The position numbers and the translations under genes are program-made. Below are positions 26,586-33,326 of a DNA stretch of 33,326 bases, one piece after another. Location of the stretch: positions 1-33,326 of IMG/VR virus record IMGVR_UViG_3300011335_000907. The stretch is one strand, 5' to 3'. The notes under the pieces are model-generated. The model was not told where the DNA came from. It searched no databases and saw only the letters and a list, made by a program, of their open reading frames with translations. The stretch comes from a virus. Its lineage: Duplodnaviria; Caudoviricetes. Numbering within the stretch: the stretch's first letter is position 1; every line of letters begins with the position of its first letter.

Positions 26586-26783
26586 AGACATACAGGCCAA
26601 CGGGTTAGGGGAATCTAGTAGCAACTCCGTAGCAAACGATCCTAGTTCGACTAATTTACACGGCGGGGAACAACTTCCCCAGCGCGGAACTGCAGGCTGG
26701 TTTTATGCGCAAGATTTAACACACCCCCGAGCCGCCGAGGCCGGACCCGAGGCGCAGTGGATCCGCCCCATGAGGACGATCTG

Positions 26784-26936
26784 ATGGACTACCAGTTGGC
26801 CAAAGATCTGTTTGGGATGGCGGCCGTGTTGGTTGGTTGGGCCGTACTGTTTGGGGTGGCGGTGAGTGGGCTGGTCTTCGCCGTGGCCTTCGTCTGCTGG
26901 TTTGTCGACAAGTGCCGCAAGGAGTGGGATCTGTGA
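26784..26936 (+). CDS. 50-aa membrane protein (not in ORF track)
   Basis: MDYQLAKDLFGMAAVLVGWAVLFGVAVSGLVFAVAFVCWFVDK...; GTGA-coupled to next gene. Confidence 0.6.
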   Translation: MDYQLAKDLFGMAAVLVGWAVLFGVAVSGLVFAVAFVCWFVDKCRKEWDL

Positions 26937-27103
26937 GCGAATACTTAGCCAGATCTGTAGGCGCTGGGGAGTGGTCGTCCGCCATGGCGATGATCCAACT
27001 GCAAAAGGACTACAAAGACGCGATCAAAAGGCTGGCCGATCTAGACGCAAAAATGTCGGTGCTCTGGCAAAAGCACATGCTGGATCAAGGGGACGCCAAG
27101 TGA
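26933..27103 (+). CDS. Small coiled-coil hypothetical protein
   Basis: GTGA-coupled at both ends. Confidence 0.55.
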   Translation: MSEYLARSVGAGEWSSAMAMIQLQKDYKDAIKRLADLDAKMSVLWQKHMLDQGDAK

Positions 27104-27417
27104 GCGCCTTATCTGCAAAGTTCGCATTGCTTTGGAAGGCTTACAAAGGCCCAGAGCTGATCGCTGAGCACAAGTTCCACCCAACTCGCAAATGGCGTTT
27201 CGATTGGGCGATGAAGCAAGGACGTTGCGCCGTAGAAATCGACGGCGGTGTGTTTATTCGCGGCCGCCATAGCCGAGGCGCTGGGATGATGAAGGACGCC
27301 GAGAAAGGCCGAGCGGCCTGCGATCTCGGCTGGCGGGTGTGGCATTTCACGTCGGCCTGCGTCACGCCAGCGGCCGTAAAGCAGACCGTCGAGTCTTTCA
27401 GATTGGCCAACAAATGA
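27100..27417 (+). CDS. Vsr/DUF559-like PD-(D/E)XK endonuclease
   Basis: EHKFHPTRKWRFD, AVEIDGG, RH, GWRV motifs; start GTG 27100. Confidence 0.8.
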   Translation: MSALSAKFALLWKAYKGPELIAEHKFHPTRKWRFDWAMKQGRCAVEIDGGVFIRGRHSRGAGMMKDAEKGRAACDLGWRVWHFTSACVTPAAVKQTVESFRLANK

Positions 27418-27536
27418 ATCCCAAGAAACCCGATTGGCTGATTGAAGAAGAAGAGGACAGGAAGCGCACCTACATGTTGGACGAGGTGATGTGCACTAGG
27501 GATCAAGAGCGGGACGAGCCAGAGGACGAGTCGTGA
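27414..27536 (+). CDS. 40-aa acidic hypothetical protein
   Basis: ATGA/GTGA coupling on both sides. Confidence 0.5.
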   Translation: MNPKKPDWLIEEEEDRKRTYMLDEVMCTRDQERDEPEDES

Positions 27537-27748
27537 TGCCTACCCGTGCTTTTCTATTTATGGAGACGGCCACCTTGCGTGCAGAAAACAAGGCGCTGAA
27601 GAATCTAAAGATCGCCGTCCAACTGGGCGACTTAACCGAAGCGCAAAAGCTAGCCCGCCAACACGACGACGCCTGGGTGCGGGTTGAAGACACTTTCACG
27701 GCAAACGGTTACCCCCACACGACTGACGATTTTTGCGATGACGAGTAA
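27533..27748 (+). CDS. Hypothetical protein
   Basis: Coupled ORF in early operon. Confidence 0.55.
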   Translation: MMPTRAFLFMETATLRAENKALKNLKIAVQLGDLTEAQKLARQHDDAWVRVEDTFTANGYPHTTDDFCDDE

Positions 27749-27799
27749 TCGCAAACCAAGAAACAACAACAAAGAAACCAAAATAGGAGAAAACAGAAT

Positions 27800-28288
27800 A
27801 TGGCAATAATGGCATCACGCGGTGGAACATACACTCCGGCCCCCGAGGGGTCGCACGACGCAGTTTTCTGCGACGTAGTTGATCTAGGAATGGTAGACGG
27901 CACGTACGGCAAGAAGCATCTAGTGCAGGTGGTGTGGCAGTTGGCGGTGAAGATGGAAGACGGGCGGCCGTTTACTGTCTCGCGTCGCTACGGCTTGTCC
28001 CTGCATGAGAAGGCAGCGCTGTACAAGGATCTGAAGTCGTACGGCAAGAAAGCACCGCCGGCGAATCTTGACCTCGAAACGCTAATCGGCAAGCCATGCA
28101 CGGTGCTGGTGGTGCATGCCGAGCGCGACGGGTCAACGTTCGCAAATGTGCAGGCGCTACTTCCTGCCGGTGCGAAGAAGCTGACGGTTGATAAGGACTT
28201 CCTTCGCAAGAAGGACAGATCCGCAACTGGTGGCCCAGCAACGATGATCGGAACTGAGGACGGCGACGGCAACACAGTCCCGTTTTAA
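27800..28288 (+). CDS. Single-stranded DNA-binding-like protein
   Basis: AGGAG SD; PEG...VVDLG, LHEKA, LIGKPC motifs; acidic tail ending VPF. Confidence 0.7.
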   Translation: MAIMASRGGTYTPAPEGSHDAVFCDVVDLGMVDGTYGKKHLVQVVWQLAVKMEDGRPFTVSRRYGLSLHEKAALYKDLKSYGKKAPPANLDLETLIGKPCTVLVVHAERDGSTFANVQALLPAGAKKLTVDKDFLRKKDRSATGGPATMIGTEDGDGNTVPF

Positions 28289-28306
28289 GAAAGCAAAAAA
28301 CCTAAT

Positions 28307-28353
28307 TGCCGAGGTGGTCACAAGGTGTGACTGCCTCGGCAGAAAGAAATCCT
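28307..28353 (+). terminator. 16-bp hairpin (TGCCGAGGTGGTCACA-AGG-TGTGACTGCCTCGGCA) followed by GAAATCCT
   Basis: Strong stem after SSB-like gene; no poly-U. Confidence 0.6.
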
Positions 28354-28449
28354 ATGAATTATGATCTGATTATTCGGTTGGTTGGTACGGCGGCAGTGGT
28401 GGCCTTGTTCGTTATGGCATGGCCAATTTTACGGAGCTGGAAGGACTAA
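28354..28449 (+). CDS. 31-aa single-TM peptide (not in ORF track)
   Basis: MNYDLIIRLVGTAAVVALFVMAWPILRSWKD fills the gap before the exonuclease. Confidence 0.5.
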   Translation: MNYDLIIRLVGTAAVVALFVMAWPILRSWKD

Positions 28450-28451
28450 TC

Positions 28452-29252
28452 ATGGCAATGCTAGTCCCAACAGCAAAAACGGAATCCGCCCACTACTACC
28501 TAAAAACAGGAGAGAACTGTCACGGCACACTGCGGGAGGCTCGCAAAGTGGGAGCGTTCCCCAGCGTGACGACGATCTTAGGCGCTACGCTTGCTCGCCC
28601 TGGGCTTGAGAATTGGAGAGTGGCAAAGGGAATCGAGAGCTCACTGACTTTGCCCAGGCGCGAGAACGAGTTGGACGCAGACTTCGTCAAGCGAGTCGTT
28701 CACGACATGGGCATCGAGACGTCTGCGGCCGCCGAGAAGGGGACCGCTGTACACGCCTTGGCTGAACAGGTGATGGCAAAGCAGCCACGGCCGCAGTTGT
28801 CGTCGGAGATGTTGCCCTTCTGGTTTGCTCTGGAGAAGTGGCGCGATGAGAAGATTACGAAAGTTTACAACCAAGAGTTTGTCGTGGTGAACGAGCAGGA
28901 CGGATACGCCGGGCGCTGTGATATGACGGCGGAGCATCGCGACTACGGCACCGTTATTGTGGACTTCAAGACACGCGGCCGGATTAAGCCAGTGGGCAAG
29001 AAGACGGTCGGCATTATTCCCACCCGCGAAGGGGACATCCTACAGCTCGGCGCTTATCGCCACGGCACGTTTGCCGACGATGAGTCGAGTGACGTGGTGT
29101 GCTTGTCGGTACTGATTGATAACCAGACGGGCGAGATTACTGAGCACGCCTGGACGTGTGCTGAAGCAGTGAAGGGCTACGAGGTGTTTTGCCATCTGGT
29201 AGCGGTGTGGTGCTGGCTGAAAAAGTACGATCCAAGGGAGGCAGCGGTATGA
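28452..29252 (+). CDS. PD-(D/E)XK exonuclease (phage recombination type)
   Basis: PSVTTIL, GTAVH, YAGRCD, IVDFKT, LQLGAY. Confidence 0.88.
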   Translation: MAMLVPTAKTESAHYYLKTGENCHGTLREARKVGAFPSVTTILGATLARPGLENWRVAKGIESSLTLPRRENELDADFVKRVVHDMGIETSAAAEKGTAVHALAEQVMAKQPRPQLSSEMLPFWFALEKWRDEKITKVYNQEFVVVNEQDGYAGRCDMTAEHRDYGTVIVDFKTRGRIKPVGKKTVGIIPTREGDILQLGAYRHGTFADDESSDVVCLSVLIDNQTGEITEHAWTCAEAVKGYEVFCHLVAVWCWLKKYDPREAAV

Positions 29253-29425
29253 GTATTGAAATCTGGAAAGACGAATCGGTGTTGGAGCAGTTGGTCAACA
29301 AGATCAGGGCGCTTGAGTTTGAGTTGGTAATCGCAAAGCGTGACCGCGATCAGGCGATGTCTGGAATGGTGGCGGCTGAAGTTAGAGAGAACGAGCTGAT
29401 CGATAAAATGAGGGTGGGGCTGTGA
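29249..29425 (+). CDS. Coiled-coil hypothetical protein
   Basis: GGAGG SD, ATGA coupling. Confidence 0.6.
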   Translation: MSIEIWKDESVLEQLVNKIRALEFELVIAKRDRDQAMSGMVAAEVRENELIDKMRVGL

Positions 29426-29670
29426 GCCTTAAGTCACGCAAGGGCGACACCAGGCCAACGATCCGACGAATGAGGGCGCTGGCGATGCGCGTTAGGGAAA
29501 ATCTGTTCCTGCCAAGCACGCAGAAGTTGGCGGCTGAGTTTGAGTGTTCGTACAAAACGATCGCCAGAGACATCGATCTACTGAGGGACTTTATGGGGTA
29601 CCAGTTGGAATGGAACTCACATGCGTTCCAGTACCGGCTGGCGGCCCCGCTACCGAAGGCGGTGTTATGA
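29422..29670 (+). CDS. Winged-HTH protein (HTH_11/DeoR-like)
   Basis: LAAEFECSYKTIARDIDLLRD. Confidence 0.8.
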   Translation: MSLKSRKGDTRPTIRRMRALAMRVRENLFLPSTQKLAAEFECSYKTIARDIDLLRDFMGYQLEWNSHAFQYRLAAPLPKAVL

Positions 29671-29855
29671 ATCAAACACACAAAACAATCATTATGCTTG
29701 TTCATTTTTTTGGGCTTATTGCCATGATTGCTGGAATTATTGGCACTGCCCGAAAATGGTTTAGAGAGGGGATTGATCTTGAGTTTTTGATTTGGGCCAC
29801 GTTTTTATACTGCATTTGCGAGGTCTTCTCAATTTTTCGCGGGGAGAGCAAATGA
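29667..29855 (+). CDS. Two-TM membrane protein
   Basis: AT-rich, two hydrophobic helices, ATGA coupling. Confidence 0.6.
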   Translation: MNQTHKTIIMLVHFFGLIAMIAGIIGTARKWFREGIDLEFLIWATFLYCICEVFSIFRGESK

Positions 29856-29980
29856 CCCTCGCCCAACTGATTGAGCTATTCGACGCACGGATCGTCGCAA
29901 CTTACACGCCAGCGCAATACGCCAGGGAGTGTGCAAGAGCCAAGGCGGATCGGGTGCGCTGGGGGATTGGGCAGTGGTAA
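29852..29980 (+). CDS. Hypothetical protein
   Basis: GGAG SD, ATGA coupling. Confidence 0.5.
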   Translation: MTLAQLIELFDARIVATYTPAQYARECARAKADRVRWGIGQW

Positions 29981-29984
29981 CCGC

Positions 29985-30164
29985 ATGTCCGTAAAACGAA
30001 ACGACTGGGCATTGAAGGTGCTGGATCGGGGGCTGGAATACCTTGCCGAGAATAACATGCGCCTAGCGCGGCAGCAGTTCAGCGTCGTGCGATTAATTCT
30101 AAAGGAGTTAGGCGAGCGGGCGAAGTTTTACCGCAAACGCGATATGGAGGCTAAGAACAAATGA
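29985..30164 (+). CDS. Hypothetical helical protein
   Basis: ATG 29985, coupled to primase-helicase. Confidence 0.55.
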   Translation: MSVKRNDWALKVLDRGLEYLAENNMRLARQQFSVVRLILKELGERAKFYRKRDMEAKNK

Positions 30165-32125
30165 ATTTACCACCAAAGACACAAGCTTTGATTTTGAATG
30201 GAGCGAGTAAAGGGGAGCGGAACACGACGCTATTCAATCTTTGCTGCCAATGGCGTGACGCTGGGATGACGCAGGATCGCGCATACGACGAGGCGGAGGA
30301 TTGGGCATTACGCAACGGGCTCGGCCATAAGGAAGCGGAAGGCTGTATCCGCTCGACGTACACGAAGCCAGCCCGTCAGAAGTGGGAGCCCAAGGCTAGG
30401 TACGGTCTTAGTGGCTACAATGGTCTGACGATTGTTAAAAATGACATGCCTGTGCCGGCGATGCCGATTAGCGTAGAGACTGGGCCGATAGATAAATTTC
30501 TGACTACTTGTTTTGACGTAGGCGATCAGATCAATATCTGCCGATCGATTAAGGACGGAGATCGTGAGCGGCCGCAAGGTTACGGAGAGATTAAAACCCG
30601 TGAGCAATGGCTGGAATTGTTTAAGGCAGATGGATTGAAAGATTGGCAGGGCAAGGCAGTAGGTGTCTATGTGTCGATTAACGCTAACAACGGACAAGGC
30701 AAAAAGAGCGAGGATGTTGTTAAGTGGAGGCATTGCCTAATTGAATTTGACGAAAGCACGCTCCAAGAGCAGTGGGCGATTATTAAGCGCAGCGGCTTGC
30801 CAACATCAGCAATTATTAAAAGCGGAGCACGAAGTCTGCATGCCTGGGTAAAGGTTGATGCATCAAGTGCCAAGGAGTTTGAAGAACGTGTTGATTTTAT
30901 TTACAAGCATTTAGAGCACTCCAAGCCCGACCCAGCAAACAAGGACGCTGGAAGATATTCAAGACTGCCAGGAGCTATGAGGACTGCTACCGGCCAACAG
31001 CAAGAACTGGTCGAGTGTGGCGCACCTACTTTGACTTATATGGAATGGGTAGAGATGACCATTTATGGGGACATCCCCGAGCCATATAGCTGGGACAATT
31101 TGCTTAATTTTAAGGAAACTGAGGATCCTACTCAACTACTTGGTAAGCGGTGGATTTGCCGTGGAGGATCGGCCTTATGGGTAGGGAGCAGTGGGCTTGG
31201 TAAGTCTGTGCTTTGTCTTCAGGCCGCGATCACCTGGGCAACGGCAGAAGCCTTTTTTGGGATTAACCCGCATGGGAACGGATTGAGGTCGCTTATCATC
31301 CAAGCCGAAAACGACGAGGGGGATGTGGCTGAATCGGTTCAAGGAGTGTTTAGGGCGATGAACCTTACCGAAAAACAAAAGGATATCGTTAAGGCGAATG
31401 TGATTATCGTCCGTGATTGTACTTCGACCGGCGAGAAGTTTGTCGATCGTGTCCGTAGATTGGTTGAAAAACATAAACCCGACTTGGTATGGGTAGATCC
31501 GCTCCTGGCGTTTATCGGAGGAGACCTTTCAAGCCAAGAGACTGCCAGCGAGTTCCTTCGCAAGATGCTCAACCCGCTGTCCTTATCCGCTGGATTCGCC
31601 TGGATGCTTATCCATCACACTCCAAAGCCGGTTAAAGAAGGCAACGGGTATCAGGGCGCAGATAAAGCTTACAGCGGATTTGGTTCAAGTGAGCTTACCA
31701 ACTGGGCGAGGAGCGTCCTAACCCTTGCGCCTTGTGGCGAGGATGCCGATGGAAAGCGTATCTACAGGCTTGAGGTGACTAAGCGCGGGAAGCGGTCAAA
31801 CCTTAATTACAACGGCATAATCCCGCAAAATGCGGTACAGCCGCATGTTAATTTAAGCCATAGCGATGTTGGGTTGGCGTGGATTCAAGCCGGTGAGGTG
31901 GTTAAAAAGAAGCCAGGGCCGGAAGCTCAAAGCGTAGATTTCTCAAAGTATAAGGATTATCCGTGCGCCCGCATGGCGCTCCAATCTTGGGTTATGAAGC
32001 AATCTGAGGGCATTTCTGAGTCAACTGCCTACCGCATCGTAAATAAGGCAATCGAGATTAATACCATTAAGAAGCAAGCAAATGGAACTTACGTTTTGGA
32101 GGCTCAAATCAATGAACCTTTTTAA
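30161..32125 (+). CDS. Primase-helicase: PriCT-like + AEP/RepB-type primase + RecA-like (AAA_25) helicase
   Basis: GERNTTLF; LIEFD, SGARSLHAW, SRLPG; Walker A GSSGLGKS, WVDPL, IHHTPK, GSSELT. Confidence 0.88.
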   Translation: MNLPPKTQALILNGASKGERNTTLFNLCCQWRDAGMTQDRAYDEAEDWALRNGLGHKEAEGCIRSTYTKPARQKWEPKARYGLSGYNGLTIVKNDMPVPAMPISVETGPIDKFLTTCFDVGDQINICRSIKDGDRERPQGYGEIKTREQWLELFKADGLKDWQGKAVGVYVSINANNGQGKKSEDVVKWRHCLIEFDESTLQEQWAIIKRSGLPTSAIIKSGARSLHAWVKVDASSAKEFEERVDFIYKHLEHSKPDPANKDAGRYSRLPGAMRTATGQQQELVECGAPTLTYMEWVEMTIYGDIPEPYSWDNLLNFKETEDPTQLLGKRWICRGGSALWVGSSGLGKSVLCLQAAITWATAEAFFGINPHGNGLRSLIIQAENDEGDVAESVQGVFRAMNLTEKQKDIVKANVIIVRDCTSTGEKFVDRVRRLVEKHKPDLVWVDPLLAFIGGDLSSQETASEFLRKMLNPLSLSAGFAWMLIHHTPKPVKEGNGYQGADKAYSGFGSSELTNWARSVLTLAPCGEDADGKRIYRLEVTKRGKRSNLNYNGIIPQNAVQPHVNLSHSDVGLAWIQAGEVVKKKPGPEAQSVDFSKYKDYPCARMALQSWVMKQSEGISESTAYRIVNKAIEINTIKKQANGTYVLEAQINEPF

Positions 32126-32240
32126 CCTTCAAGATAACCTGAAGGTACCTTCAAGATGGGTTGACGGTACCACATTCAAGATCCCCCCTTTAAGGGGGAT
32201 CTTGAAGGTGAAGGCTGAAGCAATGAAACAACTTGAAGGT
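32125..32240. repeat. Iteron/inverted repeat cluster (ACCTTCAAGAT family), candidate replication origin
   Basis: Copies at 32125, 32147, 32172 (1 mismatch); inverted copy 32199..32209; 13-bp stem 32175..32206. Confidence 0.65.
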
Positions 32241-32248
32241 AGGTGCCC

Positions 32249-32761
32249 ATGATCGACCAACAAGCACTAGAAAGGATGCCTTGCGGGACACCCCATGTTT
32301 CCACACAGATGGACAGCTTGCAGGACTTGGTATTGGAGGCGTGCGTCCATCTTCAAGCCACCGCCACCAGCTCAACGGTGGCCTTAATGGTTGGCGTCTT
32401 TCATTACCTTATCACTAAAGCGCCAGAGCATCCCGCGGTTCAGAATATGACCGACACCAGGGATCAGGCGGTGTTGGCGATTGTGCTGAATCGTGAGACC
32501 AGATCGATGACGGCCGTGGCCAAGGAACACATCAACCCAGCCACCAACAAGCCATTCACTCGGGCGGCAATATCTAAGCAGGTAAACGAACTATACGATC
32601 GGCTCGGCGTAAGGAGCAGGTCACAGAAGAGCGATAAGGCCAGAGAGTCATATCGCAAACGCGCTTACGAGATTCATGCCAAGCGGCGGCGTGAAGCACC
32701 CAAGTACAACATGGCCGCAATTCAAAAAGGAATAAACAAATGCAAACGCTCAAACAACTAA
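32249..32761 (+). CDS. HTH transcriptional regulator (sigma region 4 / LuxR-like), candidate late activator
   Basis: SMTAVAKE...TRAAISKQVNELYDRLGVRSR; near end of early operon. Confidence 0.5.
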   Translation: MIDQQALERMPCGTPHVSTQMDSLQDLVLEACVHLQATATSSTVALMVGVFHYLITKAPEHPAVQNMTDTRDQAVLAIVLNRETRSMTAVAKEHINPATNKPFTRAAISKQVNELYDRLGVRSRSQKSDKARESYRKRAYEIHAKRRREAPKYNMAAIQKGINKCKRSNN

Positions 32762-33204
32762 TACCGAAACTAAACACCACCCGCGACAAAGCGCTTGAGC
32801 TGGTAGGCCAGACGCTTGGGCTGGCGGCCGACGCCGGCGATCTTATAAGCCGAGCCAAGGCAGAAGGCCAAGACATTGACGATGTGTGTAAAAGCGCAGG
32901 GATCACCGAGCATACTGCTAATGGGTATGTACGTGTGGCAACGCACCGCCTCAAGCTTAAGGACTCAGACCCTAGCAACGTGAGGCAGCAGTTCCTGTGG
33001 GCCGGTCTGTTGCCCGAGTCGATCAGCACCAGCACACCAGGCGAACCTCGACCCTTCATGGACCCGATCGTTCGTGCCGCTCAATGGCTGGCGAACCGAG
33101 GCGAGAAGTTCATTAAGACTGATTCAGAATTAAAAAATAAATTCCTAAAAGAGGCCGAGCCAATCGTTAAGCTATTTAACGACTGCATCGACTCAAAAAA
33201 ATAA
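32740..33204 (+). CDS. Hypothetical helical protein (DUF3102-like)
   Basis: AGDLISRAK...ITEHTANGYVRVA pattern; AGGA SD. Confidence 0.5.
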   Translation: MQTLKQLIPKLNTTRDKALELVGQTLGLAADAGDLISRAKAEGQDIDDVCKSAGITEHTANGYVRVATHRLKLKDSDPSNVRQQFLWAGLLPESISTSTPGEPRPFMDPIVRAAQWLANRGEKFIKTDSELKNKFLKEAEPIVKLFNDCIDSKK

Positions 33205-33314
33205 AAAATGAAAAACGAAAATTTGAAAAATCAAAAAAAAATTTTCAAAAAAAAATTGAAAAAAATTTTAAAACTTTTGGGCAAGGAATCTTTTTTTCAC
33301 TCAAAAATCAATCA
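33205..33314. other. Extremely AT-rich A-tract region next to genome end
   Basis: Many A5-A9/T runs in an otherwise GC-balanced genome. Confidence 0.7.
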
Positions 33315-33326
33315 GGTTCCGTGAGG
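33315..33326. repeat. Right copy of the 12-bp terminal repeat
   Basis: Identical to 1..12. Confidence 0.75.

Noticed and set aside
26521-26784. 87-aa ORF as a confident gene
   Set aside because: Spans attP and arm repeats, no motifs; coding status uncertain, so not listed as a feature
32125-32240. CRISPR-like mini array
   Set aside because: Repeats only 11 bp with 11-14 bp gaps and inverted copies; no cas operon (the 28452 nuclease is a generic phage exonuclease)
1-33326. Alternative genetic code or stop-codon reassignment
   Set aside because: Standard code gives full-length genes and dense coding throughout

Overview
The window looks like a complete ~33.3 kb temperate siphovirus-type phage genome with lambda-like head genes. 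It starts and ends with the same 12 bp (GGTTCCGTGAGG), just upstream of the small terminase, as expected for a cos end. Gene order: terS, GpA-type terL, an antisense moron, gpW-like, lambda-family portal, protease with a nested in-frame scaffold, major capsid, head-tail joining protein, a five-gene glycan cassette, tail genes (G/GT -1 frameshift, short tape measure, tip and fibre proteins), lysis genes (holin-like, spanin pair, M15 endolysin), a phosphoesterase module, an RHH repressor / excisionase-like / tyrosine integrase module with a tRNA-Arg-type attP, and an early operon (nucleases, SSB-like protein, primase-helicase, iteron cluster, HTH regulators). The top candidate new system is the translationally coupled cassette inside the virion operon: GT2-TPR-GT2 glycosyltransferase, GT9-like transferase, truncated ThDP-enzyme beta, radical SAM/SPASM, ThDP-enzyme alpha. 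It may build a branched-sugar glycan on the virion. Also notable: a recurrent TTGACA-N13-16-ATG element before late genes, a hairpin+GAAATCCT element after highly expressed genes, and a second candidate -1 frameshift in the tail-tip region. Spanins imply a diderm host; the taxon cannot be determined from sequence alone. All family calls are motif recognition by eye, not database searches.
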